Positions 1-9,061 of a stretch of 64,000 nt of DNA are shown piece after piece. The notes beneath the pieces are model-generated. The model saw nothing but the letters and a program-made list of their open reading frames with translations. It ran no database searches and was not told the origin of the DNA. The number at the start of each line of letters is the position of its first letter. Within the stretch, counting starts at the first letter, position 1. A program made the translations under genes and the position numbers. This DNA comes from Thermoplasmata archaeon (GTDB lineage Archaea; Thermoplasmatota; Thermoplasmata; Lutacidiplasmatales; UBA184). The stretch covers positions 64,001-128,000 of the forward strand of contig JAGWLG010000004.1 of NCBI GenBank assembly GCA_028864975.1, read 5' to 3'.

Positions 1-2
1 TT

Positions 3-2948
3 CCCTTCACCGGCCCCTGGGGGAACACCGTCTGGGACTCGGCCGTCACCTTCGGGTTCGTCATCCCTGGCTACTGCGGGAGCACCGCGGTTGGTTGCGG
101 TAACTACGACAAGGTCCTGTTCACCTCCGGGCTCAACGGCACCAAGCCGGTCGCCCCGATGTTCCAGGTCAACGGCTATCACCTGACCCCGATCGGACTC
201 CCCGCGGATGCGGAGATGGTCATGACCGGGCCTGGCGGCGGTTCGCAGACCAACCTCTACGCGTACAACGGCACGATGGGCCTTTCCTTCTGGAACACCT
301 CCACCTACTCCCCAGCCCCGAACGTTTGGAACTTCGGGTTCGACACGGGCGAGTCCGCGGCGGGGATCGCCGAGCACTGGACCACGATGGGCAGTGTCTG
401 GATGGAGTCCGGGCCCTCCATGTCGGCTCCGTTCTGGGGCATCACCCCGAACAACAACCACGGAACGATCACCGTCACGGGGACGATCAAGACCAAGTCC
501 TCGCTCACCCCCTGGGTCTTCGTCTACCCGAACGGCACCACCTATCGGTACCACGGCACGGGGCTTGACCAAGCCGGGTGGGCTCCCCTAGTGACCCAGA
601 AGGCCTTCGTCTGGGACCTGCCTCCGGGGAGCTACAACTGGACCGCGATGTACAGCCACTTTGACCCGCAGGTCGGTTCGTTCGCGACGAGCGGGGTGAT
701 GACCATCACCCTGAAGTGGGACAACGTCAGCGGCAACCCCGGGGTCTACACTCCGCTCATGGCCTGGAACAACGCCCAGCTCACGGCGCAGTTCAACACG
801 GGCGGCGACCAGCTCTGGAACGACACGAGCACGACCTACGGCGGGCTCTCGCCCTACTTCACGCAGCAGAACGACTACTTCTTCCCAACATTCCCGGGCG
901 TCTTGCTCTTCGGGACAACGGCCCACGTGAACCTGACCAACCCGGCCTCGTTCTCGGTCAGCTTTGCACAGAGCCCCTGGTGGTCGAAGGTCTTCCAGCT
1001 CTTCGGGATCTACGCGCCCCCGGCGACAGCTCCTTCCAACCAGCTGTCGATCCAGTTCTACTACACGAGCAACGCGGCCGTGTGGGGTGCGAACGGTGCG
1101 AAGAACACCTTGAACCAGTGGGTGCCCTTCTTCAACCCGTACTCGGCCTTCTTCCCGTGGGCATCGATCGTCCTGTGGGATGCCGCGAACACCGTCATCG
1201 GAGACAACACGTTCGGTGGTTCCGGTAACGGCATCACCGCGATGAACGACTACTTGCCCGCGAGCATGAGCAACACCATCTGGGGCAACACGTTCTACAG
1301 CGACATGCTCGCCTACGGGAACGCCCCGGTGGCCATCAACGAGTGGGAGCCGGGCGACAGCATCTGGAACAACTACATTGGATCCTCCGTCTCGGAGCTG
1401 CCAACCAACCTGTGGAGCTTCGGTTCCCAGGTCAACCTCGACAACTGGAACCTCCCGAACGCGAAGTACTGGCCAGCGACGACGGTCTTCCACGATGACG
1501 GCTTTGCGATGACCGGCAGTGTCGTCGGCTCGACTTCGGTTTGCGGGAACGCCTGGGTCGGGTACGTCCCGGGGTCCGCTGCTCTTCCCTACACGGATGG
1601 CGGTCTCATCTCCAATGGTGGTGACTACTGTCCAGGCGCCATGGCCGAGCCTCTCACAGTCTCTGAGACCGGACTCCCGGTAGGGACGGCGTGGACGGCC
1701 ACGCTCACGCCCGACTGCGCCGCAGCGTGGGTCGTGACGTGCCCCTGGATGGGTCAGGCCCCAATGACCGTGAGCGCCTCGACGGCTAGCTCCGTCATGT
1801 ATGGCGTGGCGCCCGGCGAGTACAGCTGGGTCGCGGGCACCGTGGCGGGCGCCTCCCCTGGTGTCGGATACTTCGGCAACCCTGACTCGGGCCAACTCTG
1901 GGTCGGGACCGCAGCGTCGACGGTCATGATCACCTACGTTTCTCCAGTGATCAGCATCTCGAGCCCCACTGCCGGCCAAGCCTTGGCGGCTCCGTTGTAC
2001 AATGTCTCGGTCGCGTGGGGGACCACAGGAACCGCCGCGTCCGTGAGCTACAACCTGCAGATCGAGGATGCGGCCATGAAGACGGACGAGCTCCCCAAGA
2101 ACCTCTGGATCGTCGGCACGGCCACGTCCTACAACCTGGCCTACCAGTCGTTCGCGCCGCAGTGCTACAACGTGGTCATGGGCATCTACAACGGGACCTC
2201 CGCTGTGACCGACGTGCCTGCGGGGGACATCACGACCTGGCCGGTCTGGGTGTCGGTTCCGTTCTGCGTCCAAGCGGGAGCGGTCTCCACCGTTCTCCCC
2301 GGGGCTCCCAACGGGGCCCAGGCCGCGGGCAACGTCCCGATCGCCTGGTCGTGGTCCGGTCAGGGCGGGATCAGCACGGCGACGATCACCGTCTTCAACG
2401 GCACGACCATCACCGGCAACGTCCTGGTGCCGCAGCAGTCGGTGGGAACCTCGTCGGACGCCTATGCCTCCGGGGTGCTCATCGCCACGATCGTGCCGAG
2501 CTCGGGGTCGTGGAACGCAACGGTTCTACTCTCCGTGGAGGACATGTACGGTGGTCCCGGTAACGGCTTCGCGTTCACCAACTTCACCTATACGTTCATG
2601 GTGAACGCCCCCGTCGTGGTGCCGCCACCCCAGCCGGTCAGATCGACCTATTGGGACAACTCGACGACCACCATCTGGTACAACGCAACCGGCGGCTCGG
2701 TCGCCGGTCTCGGCATCAACACCCTGGGCGCGATCCTGCTTGACCTCGGCATCATCATCGGCGGAATCATCGGCATTATCGCCGGGATGATGTTGACCAA
2801 GCGCAAGGGCTCGGGTGGCGCAGGCGGCGCGGCCATGGGCGGCTCAGCCGATGCGGCCGCGACGGCCTTCCGGTGCCCGGCGTGCGACGCGAGCTTCCCA
2901 GACCAGGGCTCCCTGGACAGCCACCGGAAGACAGTGCACGGGGCGTAG
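3..2948 (+). CDS. Thermopsin-family membrane-anchored protease / surface protein, 5'-truncated by window edge; beta-helix and surface repeats, C-terminal TM helix and C2H2 zinc finger
   Basis: Frame is open from base 3 (upstream of the listed ATG at 159). Thermopsin-like motifs DAEMVMTGPGGGS and NFGFDTGES; NosD-like repeats (GDNTF, WGNTF); 'VSETGLPVGTAWTATL' Thermoplasmata surface repeat; hydrophobic LGIIIGGIIGIIAGMML; terminal CPACxxxFxxxxxLxxHxxxxH. Confidence 0.8.
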   Translation, partial: PFTGPWGNTVWDSAVTFGFVIPGYCGSTAVGCGNYDKVLFTSGLNGTKPVAPMFQVNGYHLTPIGLPADAEMVMTGPGGGSQTNLYAYNGTMGLSFWNTSTYSPAPNVWNFGFDTGESAAGIAEHWTTMGSVWMESGPSMSAPFWGITPNNNHGTITVTGTIKTKSSLTPWVFVYPNGTTYRYHGTGLDQAGWAPLVTQKAFVWDLPPGSYNWTAMYSHFDPQVGSFATSGVMTITLKWDNVSGNPGVYTPLMAWNNAQLTAQFNTGGDQLWNDTSTTYGGLSPYFTQQNDYFFPTFPGVLLFGTTAHVNLTNPASFSVSFAQSPWWSKVFQLFGIYAPPATAPSNQLSIQFYYTSNAAVWGANGAKNTLNQWVPFFNPYSAFFPWASIVLWDAANTVIGDNTFGGSGNGITAMNDYLPASMSNTIWGNTFYSDMLAYGNAPVAINEWEPGDSIWNNYIGSSVSELPTNLWSFGSQVNLDNWNLPNAKYWPATTVFHDDGFAMTGSVVGSTSVCGNAWVGYVPGSAALPYTDGGLISNGGDYCPGAMAEPLTVSETGLPVGTAWTATLTPDCAAAWVVTCPWMGQAPMTVSASTASSVMYGVAPGEYSWVAGTVAGASPGVGYFGNPDSGQLWVGTAASTVMITYVSPVISISSPTAGQALAAPLYNVSVAWGTTGTAASVSYNLQIEDAAMKTDELPKNLWIVGTATSYNLAYQSFAPQCYNVVMGIYNGTSAVTDVPAGDITTWPVWVSVPFCVQAGAVSTVLPGAPNGAQAAGNVPIAWSWSGQGGISTATITVFNGTTITGNVLVPQQSVGTSSDAYASGVLIATIVPSSGSWNATVLLSVEDMYGGPGNGFAFTNFTYTFMVNAPVVVPPPQPVRSTYWDNSTTTIWYNATGGSVAGLGINTLGAILLDLGIIIGGIIGIIAGMMLTKRKGSGGAGGAAMGGSADAAATAFRCPACDASFPDQGSLDSHRKTVHGA

Positions 2949-2980
2949 ACCGGGGTTCGCCGAAGGCTCCGAACGAACGG

Positions 2981-3036
2981 CCCCCCTGACCTTCAGGTCA
3001 GGGGGGACCGAACCCTTTCCTTCCCTCTTCTTCTTC
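2981..3036 (+). terminator. Hairpin plus pyrimidine tract, putative intrinsic terminator
   Basis: Perfect 11-bp stem CCCCCCTGACC-TTCA-GGTCAGGGGGG followed by ccctttccttccctcttcttctt, 32 nt after the thermopsin stop. Confidence 0.6.
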
Positions 3037-3127
3037 GATGGTTCTGGAGTGACCCGGCCGTGTCACGAGCCAGAGCGTGGCGCCTTCTCGCCCAACTGTT
3101 ACGGAGCTGAAGACCGAGGGGCGGTCG

Positions 3128-4366
3128 TCACAGGAACGCCATGCCACGGTAGCGGTGGCGAAAGGCCGCGATCTCGCGGCGGACGTCCTTGCGGTCGAGC
3201 CCTGACTCCTTGATCAACCGCGCGACCTTCGGCATGTCCTTCGGCTTGAGCCCGAGGCGGGTCGCCTCGGCGGTGCCAAGTCGTCCCACTAGGTCGATGA
3301 TCAGGTTCTGGGCCTCGAGGCGACGAGCGAACCCGGGGGGTGCGACCCCGAACTTCCGCTTGAGTTCCTCACCGTCCAGGTGGACCTGGTGGGACTCGGT
3401 GTACCCCTCGTCCTTGCCGATGACCGGGACTTCCTCCTGGTCCAGAGCCTTCGCTAGGGCCTTCGAGTTCTCGACCACGCGGGAGGCGTAGGGGGCGCCC
3501 ACCCGTTCCGTCTCCAAGAGGGCCTGGGCGAGACCCGCGATCCGGTTCCAGTGGGCGTTGTCAAGGATCCTCCAGGTGAGGGCGGCATCGATCTGCTGGA
3601 AGAGGTCCTCACGGTCCGTCGCGAAAAGCCCTCCTTGGGGGCCGAAGAGGGACTTGTGCGTCGAGCCAAAAACGACGTCCGCCCCCTCCCCCAGAGGGTC
3701 TTGAAAGGTCCCTCCCATGATGAGGCCCATGACGTGGGAGGCATCGTAGAGAACGAGCGCCCCCACCTCGTGGGCTATCTTGGCGACCTCCTTTAGCGGA
3801 TAGGGGAACAGGACGAAGCTCTGTCCCAGGACCAGCGCCTGGGGACGGTCGCGGTGGAGGAGCTCGGAGACTTCCTCCACGTCTAGTCGGTGGGTCGGTC
3901 CGTGGAGTGGGAGCGGCAGCACCTCATGACCCAGGACCGCAGGAAGGTACCCTGGAGCGTAGCCGTCGTATCCCCCGTCCACCGGTTGGACGGCTAGGTA
4001 CCGTGCCCCCTTAGGCAGGAGGGGCGCGAGGACGCACATCGAGGCAACGTGGCCCGAGAGGGGGCGCACGGAAGCGAACTTCCCGTGCAGCAGCCGTCCC
4101 GTGGCACGAGAGGCGAGCTCCTCCACCTGGTCGGTGTAGCGCGTTCCAGCGTAGCCGTTGTCGACCTTCTCTCCGTGGAGCATCTGGTCGAGCGGCAGGG
4201 TGTAACGACGTGAAAGGTCGCTCGCGAGGTAACGTTGGACGGTGGGGGAGGATAGGTTCTCCGAAGCGAGGAGGTTCAGGCAATCCCGGGCGCGCCAGCG
4301 CTCGTGAGCGTCAAGGAGCTGCTTGAGCCTGCGCTCCTCGCCCCCTTTCCCCTTGGACAAGGGCAT
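3128..4366 (-). CDS. glyA: Serine hydroxymethyltransferase
   Basis: LNLLASEN, YDASH and PLP-lysine motif GSTHKSLFGPQGG; start set at ATG 4366 because the longer ORF overlaps csl4. Confidence 0.93.
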   Translation of the reverse strand: MPLSKGKGGEERRLKQLLDAHERWRARDCLNLLASENLSSPTVQRYLASDLSRRYTLPLDQMLHGEKVDNGYAGTRYTDQVEELASRATGRLLHGKFASVRPLSGHVASMCVLAPLLPKGARYLAVQPVDGGYDGYAPGYLPAVLGHEVLPLPLHGPTHRLDVEEVSELLHRDRPQALVLGQSFVLFPYPLKEVAKIAHEVGALVLYDASHVMGLIMGGTFQDPLGEGADVVFGSTHKSLFGPQGGLFATDREDLFQQIDAALTWRILDNAHWNRIAGLAQALLETERVGAPYASRVVENSKALAKALDQEEVPVIGKDEGYTESHQVHLDGEELKRKFGVAPPGFARRLEAQNLIIDLVGRLGTAEATRLGLKPKDMPKVARLIKESGLDRKDVRREIAAFRHRYRGMAFL

Positions 4367-4397
4367 GAGGGCGCTCCAGGGATCTCCCGGGAAGGAG

Positions 4398-5168
4398 CTA
4401 CTCTGGCGGGAGGTCGGCAGGTCCCCGTTCGGGGGCGGGACGGTCCCGAGAGGGGTTGCCTGCGTGCTCCCCTTCGTCTCGGTGGCCATGCCCACCCTCT
4501 CGTCGGGGGTGGCGTCGTGGACCATCCCGGTCATCGCGGTCCCGGTGATGGCGTTCTCCTTCAGGTCGACCGCCCGAGGGCTCCTCCTCCACCGACCCGC
4601 CCTTGTGCCCCCCATAGTCGCGGGAGACCTTGCGATGCTCCCGGCGTCCGCATCGGGAGCAGACCAGCTGGTTTCCGCTCGCGTGGGTCAAGATCCCGTG
4701 GCAGTCAGTGCAACGGCCGAGGATGACCCCGAGCTCGGGGCCCTGGGTCGAGAGCTTCACCACGGGGTAGCCCTGGAGGACGACCGCCTTGAGGATGTCC
4801 CCGATGGCAAACTCCCCCGAGAGCTCCTCGACGTAGCTCTCCTTCGCTTTCGAGATGTGGACCGTCCCTTCCGGGTTCCCGGGCACGCCGCGGCCGGTCT
4901 TCGCATGGGTCAGGACCGTCGTGACGAGCATGGCGCTCTTGATCTCCTCGATGCGGGCATAGACGACTTCGCCCTCGGCGAGGTGAGGCACCTCGTGGAG
5001 CGCGTGCACGGTGACGGTGCGGTTCTGGGCATCGATGTGGGGATGTCCCATCAGGGCCGCGTAGACCTGGCCATTGTACTCGTAGGTCCCTCGTCCAGGG
5101 ACGTACTCTTCGGCGGTGCCCAACAGGTCCCCCGGGAGGACCAGGCGTTCTTCGGAGGGTTCGCTCAT
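4398..5168 (-). CDS. csl4: Exosome complex RNA-binding protein Csl4
   Basis: LVLPGDLLGTAEEYVPGRGTYE N-terminus, S1 domain, C-terminal Zn ribbon CTDC...CSRC and RKVS. Confidence 0.9.
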   Translation of the reverse strand: MSEPSEERLVLPGDLLGTAEEYVPGRGTYEYNGQVYAALMGHPHIDAQNRTVTVHALHEVPHLAEGEVVYARIEEIKSAMLVTTVLTHAKTGRGVPGNPEGTVHISKAKESYVEELSGEFAIGDILKAVVLQGYPVVKLSTQGPELGVILGRCTDCHGILTHASGNQLVCSRCGRREHRKVSRDYGGHKGGSVEEEPSGGRPEGERHHRDRDDRDGPRRHPRREGGHGHRDEGEHAGNPSRDRPAPERGPADLPPE

Positions 5169-5184
5169 CTTCCTCGCTCTTCCT

Positions 5185-5856
5185 TTACCTGCTTCGCAGG
5201 ACCCATCGGTCGACCTCGATCCGTCCCCGGGCTTCCCGATGGTGGGGGAAGGTCGGGGGCAACGTCCAGGGGCTCCTTCGGTGGTCCTCGATGGTCAGAT
5301 GGCGAGCGATTGACCAGCGCTCTATAAAAGCTTGGGAGGCGGCGTTCGAGAGGAGGTAGACCGCTCCCCCGGAGGGGGAGATCGCCCCGGCCGCCGCCTC
5401 CAGGAAGGGGCGGTCCGCGTGCTTGCGCTGCGCCCCGAAGGGCGGGTTCATGACGACGGTATCGGCCAAAGGCACGGGCGGCTCCCTCGAGGTGGAGCCT
5501 AGTTCCCGCTGGACCCAGGCAATCTCGGCGTTCGCGCGGCGAGCGTTCTCCCGGGCCACCGAGAGTGCCTCGGGGTCCTGGTCCACTCCCGTCACGGACG
5601 CAGCCCCAAGGAGCGCCGCGCCGATCGCGAGGACCCCCGTGCCGCAGCCCAGATCGAGCACGCGTCGCCCCACGATATCGCCACGGACGAAGGCCTCCCA
5701 CAGGAGCTCGCTCGCGGCCTCCGCCGGTGTGACCACCTGCTCGGTTCGGGCATCAGGGTGGGGAAATCCCTCGAGCTGAGCGAGGGCACGGAGGAGCTCT
5801 GTCCTCTTTCGGAGGGGGGGCGGGGGGGCCGCCCGCTGGGGGGGAGGTTCCGTCAT
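5185..5856 (-). CDS. METTL5-family SAM-dependent RNA methyltransferase
   Basis: LEGFPHP...EQVVTP, VLDLGCGTG, MNPPFG motifs; typical archaeal neighbour of csl4. Confidence 0.88.
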   Translation of the reverse strand: MTEPPPQRAAPPPPLRKRTELLRALAQLEGFPHPDARTEQVVTPAEAASELLWEAFVRGDIVGRRVLDLGCGTGVLAIGAALLGAASVTGVDQDPEALSVARENARRANAEIAWVQRELGSTSREPPVPLADTVVMNPPFGAQRKHADRPFLEAAAGAISPSGGAVYLLSNAASQAFIERWSIARHLTIEDHRRSPWTLPPTFPHHREARGRIEVDRWVLRSR

Positions 5857-5972
5857 GCGGGGAGCCGGATTCGAACCGGCGAACGCCTGCGCGACGGAAT
5901 CTCTTCTCGAGGAGAGACGCGACCTCTCCCCGGTTTAAGTTCCGCGTCGTTTCCAAGCTTGACTATCCCCGC
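5856..5972 (-). tRNA. tRNA-Leu(TAA) with 33-nt intron at 37/38 (intron 5901..5933)
   Basis: Acceptor GCGGGGA/TCCCCGC+A; anticodon stem CGGAA/TTCCG with CT-TAA-A; long variable arm; T-arm GCCGG-TTCGAAT-CCGGC; intron folds CGGGGAGAG/CTCTCCTCG. Confidence 0.93.
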
Positions 5973-5980
5973 GCCAGGTC

Positions 5981-6301
5981 TCAGCGGGAGGCCCGCTCTA
6001 AGACCGGGGCGCGAGGGGGAGGGGCCGCGGCGGGGGCCGTGGGCGCTGGCGAGGCCTTCTTTGCCGAAACGCGCTTCGGGAAGTACTTCAGGAGGATCAC
6101 GTCGTTCACCGCCGCCACCCAGCGGAACGGGACGTTCACGCCTCGCGAGCCTTCGACCAGGTACTCGCTAGGTTCCGCGACGAAGAGCCCATCCGCCCGG
6201 CCACCCTCGACGTCCAGGACGATGTTCGTGACCTTGCCGAGGTGGCGTCCGTCAGGGGTGTAGACGTCCCGGTCGACCAGTTGGGTGATCTCTACGAGCA
6301 T
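5981..6301 (-). CDS. PRC-barrel domain protein
   Basis: LVDRDVYTPDGRHLGKVTNIVLD...VPFRWVAAVNDVILL PRC-barrel pattern; ATG at 6301. Confidence 0.85.
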   Translation of the reverse strand: MLVEITQLVDRDVYTPDGRHLGKVTNIVLDVEGGRADGLFVAEPSEYLVEGSRGVNVPFRWVAAVNDVILLKYFPKRVSAKKASPAPTAPAAAPPPRAPVLERASR

Positions 6302-6387
6302 GGTGGGGGCTCCTCGAACGTCAAGCACGCGTGACCCGCCTTAAGACCTTTCCCCTCGAGACGCACCCAGGGTCGCCCCTACGGGGC

Positions 6388-8235
6388 CTACGATGTGTCG
6401 TGGGGGTTCTTCGCGCCGGAAGCCGCTTTCTCGATCTCGGACCCTTCCGAAGAGCTCTCTGACTCGGCGCGACGGACCTGCGTCTCGTAGAGGTGCACCA
6501 CCTCATCGGTGGTCGTCGCCTGCTCCGGGGACTTGTCGTCGCGGACCCGACCCGTGAAACGGGGGAACCTCAGGGCGAGCCCGTACCCCTCGCGGACCCG
6601 GCCCAACGCAGCACGGTGGATGGGGGAGAGGGTCAGCTCAGCGCCCCGAAGCTCCAGCACGGTGGAGGGGTCGATCCAAACGTCCGGGGTGAGGGTGGAG
6701 ACGACCTCTTCGGGACGGTCCTTGACCTGCTTGGAGCGCAGCTCGTTCGTGAACCGCTCGAGCGAGGAGTCGTCGAACCCGGTGCCGACCTTGCACAGGG
6801 TGGGGAACGTTTCCTCCTTGGGGTCGAAGACGCTGACGAGAAGGGCGCCATAGCGGCCCGCGCGCTTCCCGCGTCCCCAGAACGCTCCGACTACGACCGT
6901 GTCGATGGTGTCCGCGAGCTCGTGCGTGTACTCCCGCTTGTACTTGATCCACCAGAATCCCCGTGCGCCTGCCCGGTAGGTCGAACCGGGCGCCAGGGAC
7001 TTCGCCATCACGCCCTCGCACCCATCTGCCAGGGCTTGGTCGAAGAATCGTTGCGCGGCGGGGACGTCCTCCACCATGGCGCGCGTAGCGAGGCCCACGC
7101 GGTCTCCGGCCTTGACGTCGCGCTCCAGGCGCGCTCTGCGCTCGGGGTACGGCAACATGAGCGCTTGTTCCTCTCCCTCAAGAAGCAGGTCGAAGAGGAG
7201 GAAGCGGACGGGAACCTCCTCCTCGAACCGTTCCAGATCGTACTTGCGTCCGCGTCGTCGGGAGATCTCCTGGAAGGGGCGTAGCTCGCCGGTCGTCGGG
7301 TCGACCGGCACACATTCGCCTTCGACGATCGCCGGCCGGACCTTGAGCGCCTTCGGGAGGTCCCGGACGATCTCCGGGAACTGGCTGCTCACGTTCTCAA
7401 GCCGTCGGGAGAACAGAAGGACAGGTTCGGTCTCGTCGCGAGGTACGTGGGCCTGAAGGCGCAGACCGTCGTACTTGTATTCCAGGGCCGCCTGCCCCTC
7501 CATCCGCTCGAGGACATCCTTGAGCGTCGCCTCGCGTTCTCCGAGCATCGGGCGGATCGGCTTACCTACCTGGGCTCGGAGCGAGCGCAAGGCCTCCAGT
7601 GTCCCCTGGCGGGCCAGGGTCGAGGCGACCTCCCCGAGGTCCGAGGTCACGTTGAAGGCGTTCTCGATGGTCGGACGGGCTTGCTTGGGCTCGCCCCCCC
7701 CATAGACTTCCGCGAGGGCGTCCAGGAGGGTCATGTCCTTGACCCCGAGCCGGAGCTTGCCCAAAGTGAACCTCGTGAGGTACTTCGCCTCCACCGCTGT
7801 GGCCCGTCCGAGGAGCTTCGAGAGCCTCTCGACCTTCGCTTCCTGGGAGCCTTCCCCGGAGGAGCGGGCGATCGAGGTCAATTCCTGGTAGACATCGGAA
7901 AGGGTCAATCCCCGGTCCGCAGGCGGGGGGGTCCGATCACGAAGGAGCTCCTCCGCCGTGGTCCCGAGGTCGCCCGAGCGCGATGCTCGAGCACGGACCG
8001 TCTCCTCGGGGGTACCCGTGGCCTGAGCGATCGCTCGACGCGCCAACGAGTCCGCAAGTCCGAGCTCGACCCCCTCGTACTCCGGTCGGAGCTGGCCCTG
8101 GAGAAGATAGACCATGGGGGCGATGTCCGACTCGGAGACCCCTCGAAGATGTTCGGCGAGGAGCGCGCGGATCTCGAGCCGTTTCGTCGTCGCCGAGATC
8201 CTCTCGAAGAGGTCGACGAGGTCAGCGAACCTCAC
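6388..8235 (-). CDS. lig: ATP-dependent DNA ligase
   Basis: Motif I EYKYDGLRLQAH, EGVMAK, WIKYKREY, LRFPRF. Confidence 0.96.
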   Translation of the reverse strand: MRFADLVDLFERISATTKRLEIRALLAEHLRGVSESDIAPMVYLLQGQLRPEYEGVELGLADSLARRAIAQATGTPEETVRARASRSGDLGTTAEELLRDRTPPPADRGLTLSDVYQELTSIARSSGEGSQEAKVERLSKLLGRATAVEAKYLTRFTLGKLRLGVKDMTLLDALAEVYGGGEPKQARPTIENAFNVTSDLGEVASTLARQGTLEALRSLRAQVGKPIRPMLGEREATLKDVLERMEGQAALEYKYDGLRLQAHVPRDETEPVLLFSRRLENVSSQFPEIVRDLPKALKVRPAIVEGECVPVDPTTGELRPFQEISRRRGRKYDLERFEEEVPVRFLLFDLLLEGEEQALMLPYPERRARLERDVKAGDRVGLATRAMVEDVPAAQRFFDQALADGCEGVMAKSLAPGSTYRAGARGFWWIKYKREYTHELADTIDTVVVGAFWGRGKRAGRYGALLVSVFDPKEETFPTLCKVGTGFDDSSLERFTNELRSKQVKDRPEEVVSTLTPDVWIDPSTVLELRGAELTLSPIHRAALGRVREGYGLALRFPRFTGRVRDDKSPEQATTTDEVVHLYETQVRRAESESSSEGSEIEKAASGAKNPHDTS

Positions 8236-8929
8236 GCGGCGCCTCCCCCGGGAGCAGGGCCCGCAACGCCCTCAGGTTCTCTTGAGGGGAAGGTCCGTCC
8301 GCGTACACGGAATTGCCGCAAACGAAGAGGTTCGCCCCCGAGCCCACCGCATCCCCGATCGTCTCCCGCGTGATCCCCCCGTCCACGGACAGGTCGATGG
8401 CCCGGCCCGAGATGTCGATCGCGTGGCGCACCTGCCGCATCTTCGGCAGGACGTCGTGCATGAACTTCTGACCCGAGAATCCCGGCATCACGGTCATCAC
8501 GATGACCTCGTCGAACTCCGGAAGAAGGGCCTCCACTTCCGCGAACTTCGTATCGGGCCGGACGGCGAGGCTAGGGTGGCGCCCGAGGGCGCGCACCTCC
8601 CGCGCGAGAGCGGAGATGTTCCCGCCGGCCTCGATGTGGAAAGCCAGGGTGTCGCCACCCGCCTGTGCGAAGGCTTTCAGATACTTCCCGGGCTCCGAGA
8701 TCATCAGGTGGATGTCGAGGGGGAGGCGCGTGCGAGCACGTACGGCTCTGACGAGCGCCGGCCCGAAGGTGATGTTCGGCACGAAGTGCCCGTCCATCAC
8801 ATCGATGTGGAACGCGTCGGCCCCTCCCTCCTCGGCGGCCCGCAGCGCGGAGGCGAGGTCGGTCGGGTCCGCGCTCAGGATCGAGGGGAGCAACCAGAAC
8901 GGGCGATGCTTCGCGGACCCCCTCGCCAC
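8222..8929 (-). CDS. rpe: Ribulose-phosphate 3-epimerase
   Basis: HIDVMDGHFVPNITFG, MTVMPGFSGQKF, VDGGI. Confidence 0.95.
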   Translation of the reverse strand: MARGSAKHRPFWLLPSILSADPTDLASALRAAEEGGADAFHIDVMDGHFVPNITFGPALVRAVRARTRLPLDIHLMISEPGKYLKAFAQAGGDTLAFHIEAGGNISALAREVRALGRHPSLAVRPDTKFAEVEALLPEFDEVIVMTVMPGFSGQKFMHDVLPKMRQVRHAIDISGRAIDLSVDGGITRETIGDAVGSGANLFVCGNSVYADGPSPQENLRALRALLPGEAPREVR

Positions 8930-9000
8930 GGTCGCGCGAGCGAGCCTTCGTACATAATCCGCACCCTGCGAAGATCCGAGAGTCTCCGTCCCCGCGCCAG

Positions 9001-9012
9001 GGTATATATACC
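9001..9012. promoter_or_regulatory. TATA box between divergent rpe and ABC substrate-binding gene
   Basis: GGTATATATACC palindrome in a GC-rich 130-bp intergenic gap. Confidence 0.65.
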
Positions 9013-9061
9013 AGCACCCGGGTTAGCCGCCCAGCCGGGTCCCCCCGGCAATCGAAGGAAC

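Noticed and set aside
8114-9061. N-terminal 316 aa of the 1348-aa ORF
   Set aside because: Antisense to rpe and lig and crosses a TATA box; an open frame produced by high GC. The real start is ATG 9062.
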